Virus record (IMG/VR): IMGVR_UViG_3300030117_007612
Coordinates: 139,369 to 203,368 of that record
Reading direction: 5' to 3' (one strand)
Source of the DNA: a virus
Taxonomy: Duplodnaviria; Caudoviricetes
Length of the DNA stretch: 64,000 nucleotides
Shown here: positions 37,243-46,674 of the stretch, in pieces
Layout of the letters: each line of letters opens with the position of its first letter
Position numbering within the stretch: the first letter of the stretch is position 1
Position numbers and translations under genes: made by a program
The notes under the pieces: generated by a model
Told to the model about the DNA's origin: nothing
Databases searched by the model: none
Seen by the model: the letters and a program-made list of their open reading frames with translations, nothing else

Positions 37243-38814
37243 GTGCCACAAGTAAAATATGATAATGAGGAATCTCTACAAAAAAAGATTCTCGAAGGCG
37301 CAAACGTTCTTGCAGATAACGTTGCTGCCACCCTAGGTCCTCGCGGCCGAAACGTAATTCTACAAGAGAAGAACAAGGCACCGTTCATCACAAAAGATGG
37401 AGTTACTGTTGCCAAATTCGTGTTCTTTGATGATTTGATTACGAATTCAGGCGCACAAATTATTAAACAAGCGGCCATTAAAACCAATTCTGATGCCGGT
37501 GATGGTACTACGACATCAACCGTAATTACACGCTCTTTGTTGAACAATGCTCAAAAGTATATTACATCCGGTGTTTCTCCAATTGAACTCAAGCGTGGCA
37601 TGGATCTCGCTAGTCACGCCATTTGCGATCGATTGACTGAGCTATCTCAACCCATAAAGAGCGTTAATGACATTTCGCACATTGCAACTATTTCCGCCAA
37701 CAATGATAAATCAATCGGCGATTTGGTCGCCATGGCAGTCGATCGTGTTGGTAAGGATGGCTCCGTAACCATTCAAGAGGCCAGAGCCGTCGAGACAACT
37801 TTGGATATTGCCGAAGGCTTCAATTTCGATGCCGGGTACTGTGCTGGTGCGTTTGTTACCGACGAACGCAGAGGGGTGATGAGTTATGTAGATCCGCTCA
37901 TACTCGTCACGGATGCTAAAATCTCAACGGTCGAACAGATTTTGCCAACCCTTGAGTTGATTTCGCGTGAAGGCCGGCCCCTAATTATAGTGGCCGAAGA
38001 CATTGAGGGTCAGGCATTGGCCGCGCTAATTATGAATGCAATGCGTGGCACTCTACAGGTTGCTGCGATTAAGGCTCCGCGCTACGGCGAAGAGCGCAGA
38101 AACATTCTGAGCGATTTGGCGTTGTCTGTGAATGCGGAATTTATCACAAGAGAGTCCGGTATCAAGCTAAGTGAAGTTAAACTAAAGCATTTCGGATCTG
38201 CTGATAGCATTGAATCAACAAAATATAATACTACAATCGTAGGTGCAAATAGCGATCATGTCAAGGTCGATGAAAGAATCCAAATCTTAAAAAAAGAACT
38301 AAACGAGACCGAATCAATTCATGAGTGCGAGGCAATTCAAGACAGAATCACAAGATTGGCATCAGGCGTGGCGGTAATTTATGTTGGCGCTCACACTGAA
38401 ATTGAGATGATTGAAAAGAAACACAGAATTGAAGATGCTCTGGAGGCAGTTAAGTCTGCTCAAGCCGAGGGCGTTGTTTCTGGTGGTGGCACTGCGCTCA
38501 TTCGCGCATGTAAAGATCTAGACATCGAAGTAGAGAACGAAGAGCAGCGGCTTGGCGTTAATATCGTGCTGGAGTCGGCCTTTAGTCCGATCCGTCAGAT
38601 GGCAGCTAATGCTGGCGAATCGGCTGATTTAATTATTAAGGAAATTGAAGTATCGGATGTTGAATCTGGTTATGATTTCCGAAGCAGGAAAATGGTAAAC
38701 ATGGTTGAGTCGGGGATTATTGATCCGGTCAAGGTTACAAGGTGCGCACTGCAAAATGCAATTTCAGTTGCCGGCACACTAATCACGACAAACCACGCCA
38801 TTGTTCAAGTGTAG
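37243..38814 (+). CDS. groEL: Chaperonin GroEL
   Basis: TLGPRGRNV, ITKDGVTVAK, AGDGTTT, ATISAN, GVVSGGGTAL, IIDPVKVTR. Confidence 0.97.
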   Translation: MPQVKYDNEESLQKKILEGANVLADNVAATLGPRGRNVILQEKNKAPFITKDGVTVAKFVFFDDLITNSGAQIIKQAAIKTNSDAGDGTTTSTVITRSLLNNAQKYITSGVSPIELKRGMDLASHAICDRLTELSQPIKSVNDISHIATISANNDKSIGDLVAMAVDRVGKDGSVTIQEARAVETTLDIAEGFNFDAGYCAGAFVTDERRGVMSYVDPLILVTDAKISTVEQILPTLELISREGRPLIIVAEDIEGQALAALIMNAMRGTLQVAAIKAPRYGEERRNILSDLALSVNAEFITRESGIKLSEVKLKHFGSADSIESTKYNTTIVGANSDHVKVDERIQILKKELNETESIHECEAIQDRITRLASGVAVIYVGAHTEIEMIEKKHRIEDALEAVKSAQAEGVVSGGGTALIRACKDLDIEVENEEQRLGVNIVLESAFSPIRQMAANAGESADLIIKEIEVSDVESGYDFRSRKMVNMVESGIIDPVKVTRCALQNAISVAGTLITTNHAIVQV

Positions 38815-38831
38815 GAGCCAAGGAGGTATCG

Positions 38832-39062
38832 ATGAAAATAGGAGACTTATATTACGTACCGCAGAACGTCACGCTAATGCAATTTGAAGAAACCAGTAAC
38901 AAGGACGCCACCCCAATCGCATATTATAAAACTGATAAACCAATTAAAGTGGTGGTGGTTGAAAGATACGATAATGATATCGCCGAAGTGTTTTATAATG
39001 GCCAAAGGTGGTGCGTCAAGGGTAAAAATTTATATTTATTGGAGGAAAAATGCCCGTTGTAA
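38832..39062 (+). CDS. SH3/KOW-like small protein
   Basis: MKIGDLYYV start with AGGAGG SD. Confidence 0.6.
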   Translation: MKIGDLYYVPQNVTLMQFEETSNKDATPIAYYKTDKPIKVVVVERYDNDIAEVFYNGQRWCVKGKNLYLLEEKCPL

Positions 39063-39346
39063 AATTTACTGAGATAGCGAAAGATTTAAATATTACCGAA
39101 GGTAGAACATATAAACTTAGAGAGGTTTATATCAACTCTGAGCATGTTGTACTCATGCGCGAGGATGATCATTCTTTGAAACTTTTGAATGAAGATCAAC
39201 TGCCTTCTGGCCTCGACAGAAGGCAGAGGTTTACACGAATTTCTTTGCAAAAGGGCTCTTCCGGTCAAGAAATTGTTGTCGTCGGAACACCCGAGATGGT
39301 AGAGAAAAAGCTCTTCTCGGCCGGAAAGAAGGTCATCAGGGGGTAA
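39050..39346 (+). CDS. Hypothetical protein (weak resemblance to FlbD-like small beta proteins)
   Basis: YINSEHV, T.ISL..G...VVGTPEMV pattern. Confidence 0.45.
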   Translation: MPVVKFTEIAKDLNITEGRTYKLREVYINSEHVVLMREDDHSLKLLNEDQLPSGLDRRQRFTRISLQKGSSGQEIVVVGTPEMVEKKLFSAGKKVIRG

Positions 39347-39347
39347 T

Positions 39348-39692
39348 ATGTCAAACCAAAGATTAACAGTCCAATATTCGATACGCGCCGATGAGATGGA
39401 CGCAGAAATTAAAAGACTCATGATAAGGTCTCTGTCTAAACTATCCAAACTTGTTGAAGATTTTGATGATCATGTTCCAAAAATTAATGAACTTGTTGAC
39501 AACAACAACATTTCTGGCCTCATGCTGCTTATAGGTAGTATTAGGGATAGCTTGGCCGAAGTTGATTTTTCGCTAAATGAATGCTCTTCTGTCGCATATG
39601 GACACCATGATTATTTAATGAAGCAGCGGATATCTTCATTGCAAGATATTAATTTGCCCGAGTCGGATACGCCCACTGAAGATGAAAAATAA
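39348..39692 (+). CDS. Hypothetical protein
   Basis: 114 aa helical ORF. Confidence 0.6.
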   Translation: MSNQRLTVQYSIRADEMDAEIKRLMIRSLSKLSKLVEDFDDHVPKINELVDNNNISGLMLLIGSIRDSLAEVDFSLNECSSVAYGHHDYLMKQRISSLQDINLPESDTPTEDEK

Positions 39693-39975
39693 ATATTACC
39701 ATATCTTTGCTAATACCGTTTGTCCTTTTTGTGTACGCGCAATTAATCTGCTTAATGAGTCAGAGGCTGAATATGTCTTGACCTTAATTGATAACTCTCC
39801 AAATTATCTAGAAAGCTTAAAAAAAGAACACGGCTGGGAAACTATTCCAATAATTTTCGAATGTGATAGTGAGACTAAGGAGGAAAGATTAATTGGCGGA
39901 CATGCCGATTTAATGGATTATTTTTTAACACCAAGAGAAGAGGAACATGAAGACGCCACTAAGATTGTTGAATAA
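39682..39975 (+). CDS. Glutaredoxin
   Basis: CPFC, TIPIIF, IGGHADL. Confidence 0.88.
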   Translation: MKNKYYHIFANTVCPFCVRAINLLNESEAEYVLTLIDNSPNYLESLKKEHGWETIPIIFECDSETKEERLIGGHADLMDYFLTPREEEHEDATKIVE

Positions 39976-40714
39976 TCGCTCCGGAGCATTTTCCGCAGTT
40001 TTTAATTCGCTGCCTGACGAGTATGATACTATACATTTTCCATTCTTTGTAAACGGCGGCCTTGAATTGCGGATGTGCATGGAAGATCGAAATATTGTAG
40101 GCCACACTCACCACTGGTGTGTTTATGAATTTTGGGATTGCCTGAAGCAAGATCCGCAACGCTTGATTCAGAACATTAAGTTTACACTCGAATATGAACA
40201 TCTTGAGGAGAGATTCTACTATCACATGCAGGAGAATTTTCAAAAAAATCCTGATGTATTTGTTCGCTCTGCGCAGTTTTACGCTCTCAATCGTTGCAAC
40301 GCGGAGGGTCAAATATTCGGTGGCAAATGGATTGGCTTGAAGCATGTCAATGATTTAAATTACTACAACATGAAAAATTTAGATTTGCTAAATTTGGAAC
40401 CTAAAATGCACGATGATATATTGCCGATAAATATTATCGACGCTATTCCCGACGACGAGTACATTATCGCAACCCCGCCCAAATTTTCATATCGCTTGCT
40501 GCCAGATGCTCAAGCTGATACAGTTATTAATCCCAACATAGATCACTGGGAGCTTAAAGAAAAAATGGCTGATAGAAAAAAATGGATAATCGTTTGTAGC
40601 TATCATAAGAAATTACACGACATCTACAAGGAGTTTGAAATAAAATATTTCAGCAGAAACTGGACCGAAACCACACAAGAAAAAGCAGAGGAAATGTTAA
40701 TTGTTAAGTCGTGA
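39947..40714 (+). CDS. Dam/D12-class adenine methyltransferase-like protein, catalytically degenerate
   Basis: PFFVNGG (motif I remnant), A.FY.LNR, TPPKF replacing DPPY, WI..Y. Confidence 0.6.
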   Translation: MKTPLRLLNNRSGAFSAVFNSLPDEYDTIHFPFFVNGGLELRMCMEDRNIVGHTHHWCVYEFWDCLKQDPQRLIQNIKFTLEYEHLEERFYYHMQENFQKNPDVFVRSAQFYALNRCNAEGQIFGGKWIGLKHVNDLNYYNMKNLDLLNLEPKMHDDILPINIIDAIPDDEYIIATPPKFSYRLLPDAQADTVINPNIDHWELKEKMADRKKWIIVCSYHKKLHDIYKEFEIKYFSRNWTETTQEKAEEMLIVKS

Positions 40715-41051
40715 TTTATTGATTGCATGTTTACTTTTTAGCCTAGGCCACGTTCTCGCATGGTTTCAGCTTAACTCGCAATACATTTGGGATTGGTGGC
40801 GCGACCATCCTGTTACCACTGTCGCTATATATTCTTTCCCGTGTGGTCTACTTTTTTATTTTGGATGGAGACATGCTACCGTTGCACTTGAATCTATCTG
40901 GAGTGCCCGCCTATTAACCTTTGGAATTTCATTTTTGGTATTTCCCCTATTGACTTGGTATTTGTTAAATGAAAGCATGTTTAGGCCCAAAACGTTAGTT
41001 TGCGTCATCTTGTCCATAATTATTATATTGATACAAGTATTATGGGAGTAG
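40701..41051 (+). CDS. Four-TM small membrane protein (SMR/DMT-like)
   Basis: 116 aa with four hydrophobic segments. Confidence 0.55.
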   Translation: MLSRDLLIACLLFSLGHVLAWFQLNSQYIWDWWRDHPVTTVAIYSFPCGLLFYFGWRHATVALESIWSARLLTFGISFLVFPLLTWYLLNESMFRPKTLVCVILSIIIILIQVLWE

Positions 41052-41052
41052 T

Positions 41053-41451
41053 ATGGTTATGACAACATCTAATAGTTCAACCGAATATAGATCAGCATGG
41101 AGAACCAAGTCGATAAAGACTGAAAAAGAATGGGGCTGGGAAACCTCATGGGCGGCAATGTCCACAATTGTTGGCAAGATTCTACATATTAATGCTGGAA
41201 ACAGCACAAGTTTTAAGTACTACAAAAACAAAAACGAAACTTTGTATATCATGAGCGGACTGGTCGAAATTACGTATGGATCTGAACTTTTTCAGGAGGA
41301 TCCTGTGCAGCACCCGATGAAAACGGAGTTATTTGCGGCCGGCGATGCAATAAACATTCAATCGAATTGTCCCTACAAGTTGACAGCGATTGAGCAAAGC
41401 GAGGTTCTTGAAATCGGCGACAACTCAAGATCAGACTATGTAAGAGTATAA
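41053..41451 (+). CDS. Cupin protein (type II PMI C-terminal-like), His ligands lost
   Basis: KEWGWE, GKILHI..G.STS.KYY..K.ET.YI.SG. Confidence 0.65.
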   Translation: MVMTTSNSSTEYRSAWRTKSIKTEKEWGWETSWAAMSTIVGKILHINAGNSTSFKYYKNKNETLYIMSGLVEITYGSELFQEDPVQHPMKTELFAAGDAINIQSNCPYKLTAIEQSEVLEIGDNSRSDYVRV

Positions 41452-41471
41452 GTTAAATTTCGGGAGACTAT

Positions 41472-42230
41472 GTGGGAATTATTTATTTGTTCGACGTTGA
41501 TGGCACACTGACGGACGCCAAGCAAAAAATCGAACCTAAGTTTGCGAAACAATTCTTACAATGGATGCAGGACAAAGAGGTTTATATTGTCTCCGGAGGC
41601 TCATTTGTTAGAATATTGAACCAGCTTGGAATGGAAATACTCGATTGCTGCTCGGGTGTTTTTGCTTGTATGGGTAATATATTTTATCAAAAAATCGAGA
41701 GCATTAATGATGTTGGCTATAGTCAGTGGGAGATAGTTTATGAAAATAAATTTGTACCGCCAAAAGGGCTCTATCGAGACTTGGACAATCTTGTTAAAAC
41801 TTCCGATTACCACACTAAGACCGGCCGCCATTACGAAGAAAGAGTCGGAATGGTAAACTTTTCGATTGTGGGAAGAAAAGCGACAGCCGAACAAAGACAA
41901 GAATATGTAGACTTCGATGAAGAAAACAGAGAGAGAGAAGAGATAGTTTCTCTGTTAAAGGAGAGGTACACGTCACTGGACTTTGCAATTGGCGGCGCCG
42001 TTAGTATTGATATATTCAACCTAGGCGATGACAAGTCGCAAGTAATTGAGAAATATTTTAACGAAGCGATCGAGCAAAATAAGATTATATTTTTTGGTGA
42101 TCGAATTCCATTTCCCGGCAATGATTACCCGCTCGCGGTTGCCCTTGAGCAAAGCGCCAATGGACAAGCTATCGAGGTCGATGGGTGGGCGGAAACGTCT
42201 GAATTACTAAAGAGTGGGCAATTTGCGTAG
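41472..42230 (+). CDS. Phosphomannomutase, eukaryote-type (HAD IIB)
   Basis: FDVDGTLT, VSGG, ER.GMVNFSIVGR, GG.VSIDIF, DKSQ, FFGDR...GNDY. Confidence 0.88.
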   Translation: MGIIYLFDVDGTLTDAKQKIEPKFAKQFLQWMQDKEVYIVSGGSFVRILNQLGMEILDCCSGVFACMGNIFYQKIESINDVGYSQWEIVYENKFVPPKGLYRDLDNLVKTSDYHTKTGRHYEERVGMVNFSIVGRKATAEQRQEYVDFDEENREREEIVSLLKERYTSLDFAIGGAVSIDIFNLGDDKSQVIEKYFNEAIEQNKIIFFGDRIPFPGNDYPLAVALEQSANGQAIEVDGWAETSELLKSGQFA

Positions 42231-42245
42231 ATAGTCGTAAAAATG

Positions 42246-42253
42246 ACTATTTA
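42246..42253 (+). promoter_or_regulatory. Putative late promoter motif ACTATTTA
   Basis: 17 nt before ATG of the 1177-aa gene. Confidence 0.55.
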
Positions 42254-42270
42254 CTGTATGGAGATTATTA

Positions 42271-45200
42271 ATGGATATTTCAACCGCGAGTTGGTTTAAT
42301 TATTTACATGAAGAAGTTTTAACAGAAGGCCTGCGAGACATAGGCCTCCCCGAATTTGTCATCGACTACTTAGAAGACGCGATGCCGGACACATCTGAGA
42401 AGGCTCGCATGTATATCGCGAATAATTGGAAGAAGTCCCGCGGTGGAATGGCTGATGCTACCATGGTAGACAACCTTCAATGGGAGGTGGCTCAGTTTCT
42501 TATTGATGATGTGTTTAGAAACTACGTTATAACTAACAATTCTTATGAGCACGGCACAAACTTATATACAAGAGATCCAGTTGCTCGGGTAGTGGCGCCT
42601 TATGATTTAAATCAAGGATCTAATCAGCCTCGCGACTTTTACGACGAAGAAAGGATGGAACAAAATAAGAGAGTGGCCTTTGTCATCGCGAACATCCGTA
42701 ACGCACTGGGCAAGCCCCAAGGTACATGGCGCAAGGCATTTATGAAGGCAGTCAAGGCGTTGAGCAAGGCCGGCCTTCCAAGCGAGAAGGTGGAGAGCTT
42801 CAAAGAGTACCTACGCAGCCTCGCCGGTAAGAACTTCCACTACTGGTTGAATCAATACTCTGAGCTTGTTAGCTTTCTCAATGATGACCCGACCAACTAC
42901 GAACTTATCAAAGATGAATACAGTATTCAGGACGCTCAAAACAAGGCACTTGAATATCTTGCGAACAAAGAAGACCCAGAGTTCATTATCCACACATTTG
43001 ATGACGGCTCTTACTGGTACAACCTAGATGTGTCATCCTGCGATGTTGAAGCGTCACGAATGGGACACTGTGGATCTGACAGTCGCGGCACATTAGTATC
43101 TCTCCGCAAGAAGCAAGGCAAGCGACGTGAGTCATCATCGTATGTTACGATGACTTACAGCGAGTTTGAGAATACAATCTATCAAATCAAGGGACGACAA
43201 AACGACGCACCGCCTGAAGAGGTTTGGGATCACATCGCTTGGTTCATCAACAATTATGATGTTACTAGTGTAGAAGAGACAGGCGAGCACTCAGGCGATC
43301 AGGAAGGCATACGAGATATGATTGAGTATCTCAGCCAAGAAACCAACGCAAACTTCCACGGCTCTATTGAGGACCGCTTGGAGAAAGCAGAAGATTACTG
43401 TGCAGGTCAAATAGAACGCTACACCGACAACCGAGACGAGCTTGAACATGGTGACGTTGGTTACAATCTTGAAGAAGAGATGAATGACATTTACTGCTAT
43501 GCCAGCGCAAGATATGAATTTCAGATTGATCTTGGTTGGACAGGTTATAGCGCGACGGACACGGGCTACATAGCTGACAATCCGCAAGATTTTGAAGAGA
43601 TCCCACGTGATTACAGCGGAATGCGCGAGTTCGCTAGTGAACTTGACATTGACGACATGACGTATGAAATGCCGGGTGACGATGGCGACTGGGACGTCAG
43701 CCTAAGAAACCTAGTCGGTGTTCAGCCCGATGACGTTCCCGCAGGCTCTGAAAGACCAACGACCCACTTAATCATTACACTGTTTAGCAATGAAACACTT
43801 TCAGTCGATGAAGATGGAGATGTGCCAGAGTTTGACGAATTTGTTGACAACATGCTGGCGTTTGAGGAAGACAACGCGCCTACCTACAAAGAGCAAATCA
43901 GACAGAACCTTGCTGCTGGCGGCTACATGGCGAAGAGTGCCTACGACCGATCCCGAGAAGAGCTGATGAAGCTCACACACCTTGACAAGTGGCACGTCAA
44001 GCAGGACAAAGGTGGTCTTGAATTTGATTGGACAGCAGACGACGGACAGCCGCTTCATACCTATACAGGCAAGTTTGACTCTGCGAGAGCACAGATGTAT
44101 GGAACAGGAACAGGTAACCGTATGGGTGTGAACCCTGACGCTGTGTTCGCTGAGATATTTGGGTACGGACCAAGGTTTAGTTTTGCCAACATGCGAGGAA
44201 CAAACGACTACTCAATTCAATTCGCGAGAGAGCTATCCAAAAACATCACAACCCACTTAAAGTCTAAGGCTAGCGCGCCCGGACAACAGAAACTTGACTT
44301 CGGTGATAAGTATGGGGGTGCTGATCCGACGATGGTCTTAGCAGACGACACTGACTTCGTTGTGTTCCAAGATGTAAACTACCGCCCAGACGGCAATCGG
44401 GAAAGATATCCTCTTATAAAAATCAAGTGGCTGTATCGCATGCGTGTCAACCCTCAATCACCCCCAGAAGAGTTTGAGATTATCCAAGAGATTGCAGCGT
44501 TCTTGAACGAGAACGAAGAACTTGTGACTGCTGCTGCTGACAAGATTATCGGTATGGCTCTTGAAGGTCATAGCGAGAAGATTAACAAACGCAGAGATAA
44601 AATAATGGATAACTATCAGCTTCAAATCCAGATCAACAATGCCAAAAAGATATACGGCGACGTACTGGATCAATATGGAGACGAAGAGGGATATGGCTCT
44701 ACCGCAGAGATAGCAAGGAAAGTATATGCTATCATTACATGGTTTGAAGATAATTATGCGGATATGGGCGAAGCCGAAAGATACATCATGGCAACCAAGT
44801 TTATTATTCCCATGCTACAAAACAACTTCCGCTCTTATTCGGAGATGGGAGAGATTGACAGAAACACCGGTGCGCCCGTTATGTTTGGCGAGCTTGTACC
44901 CCACCAAGTAGCAAAGATGGGTGGGCAGCCTGTTAACATGATCACGAGAAACCAAGCGCCATCGGCCACCGGCACAATGGGCGCCCCAAGACCAGCGCAG
45001 GAAAACAAAAAAACATGGAACAGCGACTCAGAGCGCGACAGATTAATTGAAGAAGCCCTGAGCATTATTAACGAAAGAGATCCTTCATACGATTTGAGAA
45101 TTTACCAGATACTAATTAAATGCTCCATGTCAAAACAGCGTGGCGGCCAGCGCGGCGAGACTGAAACGGAAATTCGTGGAATCGATGGCGTCACGGTTGT

Positions 45201-45804
45201 TAGTGGGGTAACTTTCCGTGAAGACGCACAAAATTGGTACTCGACATTAAAAATTAAATTCGAATTGTTGGGTCGCCAATCCCGCGATGATTACATGAAA
45301 TTGGTGCTTTTGCCATCATTGTTAAAAATAAAGGGATTCAAGATTGTCCCCGGAGGCATGGGCAAAGCCGAACTGGTATCCAAGGAACTTAGCGAAGTTG
45401 CTGGATTTGGGGGGATGACTGCTGGTGCGGCCAATGCGCCGCGTCAAGGCCCGTTTGTTCCCACACCAACACCCTCAATCCAAGACTTGATAGATGCGTG
45501 GGTAAGCAGCGGCGAGAGGGTCTACGATATACCCACTGACAATAATGAAATGTCATATCACACAATGGTGAATGTCGAGGAGTTGTGGGGGCTTATTACT
45601 TCACCATTTTATCGAAACACCACAAGGGAATTCGATAGTGTTAAAAAGAACATAATCAATCACGGCACTTATAATCCAATTGTGGTGGCAATAGGAAAAA
45701 ACGGGAGAGCAAAAATTACAGGCGGCATTGATATTGTCTTTGCCGCTAAAGATTTAGGACTGAGAGAGCTGCCTACAATATTTATGTATCAGCATCAAGT
45801 TTAA
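42271..45804 (+). CDS. Large multidomain protein (PcfJ-like domain, C-terminal ParB/Srx-like domain)
   Basis: EASRMGHCG..LVSLR..QIKGRQN (PcfJ-like); YNPIVVAIG...ITGG...FAAKDLG..ELP (ParB-like). Confidence 0.55.
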   Translation: MDISTASWFNYLHEEVLTEGLRDIGLPEFVIDYLEDAMPDTSEKARMYIANNWKKSRGGMADATMVDNLQWEVAQFLIDDVFRNYVITNNSYEHGTNLYTRDPVARVVAPYDLNQGSNQPRDFYDEERMEQNKRVAFVIANIRNALGKPQGTWRKAFMKAVKALSKAGLPSEKVESFKEYLRSLAGKNFHYWLNQYSELVSFLNDDPTNYELIKDEYSIQDAQNKALEYLANKEDPEFIIHTFDDGSYWYNLDVSSCDVEASRMGHCGSDSRGTLVSLRKKQGKRRESSSYVTMTYSEFENTIYQIKGRQNDAPPEEVWDHIAWFINNYDVTSVEETGEHSGDQEGIRDMIEYLSQETNANFHGSIEDRLEKAEDYCAGQIERYTDNRDELEHGDVGYNLEEEMNDIYCYASARYEFQIDLGWTGYSATDTGYIADNPQDFEEIPRDYSGMREFASELDIDDMTYEMPGDDGDWDVSLRNLVGVQPDDVPAGSERPTTHLIITLFSNETLSVDEDGDVPEFDEFVDNMLAFEEDNAPTYKEQIRQNLAAGGYMAKSAYDRSREELMKLTHLDKWHVKQDKGGLEFDWTADDGQPLHTYTGKFDSARAQMYGTGTGNRMGVNPDAVFAEIFGYGPRFSFANMRGTNDYSIQFARELSKNITTHLKSKASAPGQQKLDFGDKYGGADPTMVLADDTDFVVFQDVNYRPDGNRERYPLIKIKWLYRMRVNPQSPPEEFEIIQEIAAFLNENEELVTAAADKIIGMALEGHSEKINKRRDKIMDNYQLQIQINNAKKIYGDVLDQYGDEEGYGSTAEIARKVYAIITWFEDNYADMGEAERYIMATKFIIPMLQNNFRSYSEMGEIDRNTGAPVMFGELVPHQVAKMGGQPVNMITRNQAPSATGTMGAPRPAQENKKTWNSDSERDRLIEEALSIINERDPSYDLRIYQILIKCSMSKQRGGQRGETETEIRGIDGVTVVSGVTFREDAQNWYSTLKIKFELLGRQSRDDYMKLVLLPSLLKIKGFKIVPGGMGKAELVSKELSEVAGFGGMTAGAANAPRQGPFVPTPTPSIQDLIDAWVSSGERVYDIPTDNNEMSYHTMVNVEELWGLITSPFYRNTTREFDSVKKNIINHGTYNPIVVAIGKNGRAKITGGIDIVFAAKDLGLRELPTIFMYQHQV

Positions 45805-45817
45805 GGAGGCATTTAGT

Positions 45818-46597
45818 TTGCGACGTATTATTGATTTCAAGAAACACTTACGTTTGTCAATAATTGCGGTATTCGCGATCATAATGTTTTCTATCTCCCT
45901 CTTTATACAAAGTAAACTTGAGAGAAGCTACTTTCCAAATATATCTTTTGGCGAACAATCACATGAAAACATTTCAAGCAACCTGCCCAATCGAGAAAGA
46001 AAAACAATCTTTAAGTCTAGAAATTCAACAGTTAAAATATTCTCTATGATTAGTTTTGATGCGCCACCGTTTTTCTCCCCGGCAATTGCTACCGGAACAT
46101 ATGTGACCTATAAAGACAAGCCCTACATCTTAACAGCAGCGCATGTCGGTAACGATTGCGATACAATGATGTTTATTGCCGCCTCGGAGGAAACCGCGCC
46201 CTGTGCCGGGTTCGTTTATGTCGACCCGGATATGGATGTTATGTTGATTCAGCTTGAAGATAAATTGCTTACAAAAATCCCCATCAAACTCAATCCTAAT
46301 CTTAATTTATCAAAAGACTATTCTATCGGAGAGAGGGTTTATTATTCTGGGTACCCAAATGATTCAGCCCTACTAACAATCAAGGGCCACATATCAGGCT
46401 ATGTTTATGATAAGTTTTTGCTTCAATCATACGCATGGAATGGGGCATCGGGCTCTGGCATATTTAACTTGGATGGAGAACTGATAGGTGTTTTAAGCGC
46501 CATCCAGATTTCATATAGTGGCGACAATTACGGCCTTATCGATAGTATTGTTTATGTTGCACCTATTGCCGAGATTGACTTCACCTCTATCGAATAA
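45818..46597 (+). CDS. Trypsin-like serine protease with N-terminal membrane anchor
   Basis: LTAAHV, D, GYP, GASGSG catalytic motifs. Confidence 0.88.
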   Translation: MRRIIDFKKHLRLSIIAVFAIIMFSISLFIQSKLERSYFPNISFGEQSHENISSNLPNRERKTIFKSRNSTVKIFSMISFDAPPFFSPAIATGTYVTYKDKPYILTAAHVGNDCDTMMFIAASEETAPCAGFVYVDPDMDVMLIQLEDKLLTKIPIKLNPNLNLSKDYSIGERVYYSGYPNDSALLTIKGHISGYVYDKFLLQSYAWNGASGSGIFNLDGELIGVLSAIQISYSGDNYGLIDSIVYVAPIAEIDFTSIE

Positions 46598-46601
46598 TCA
46601 C

Positions 46602-46630
46602 TTGACAACCAATTAGACATTGGTTATACT
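46602..46630 (+). promoter_or_regulatory. Sigma70-type promoter
   Basis: TTGACA-N17-TATACT. Confidence 0.75.
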
Positions 46631-46674
46631 ATATACTTGGTAGGCTTTATGCTCTATCAAATGGAGAACAATAA

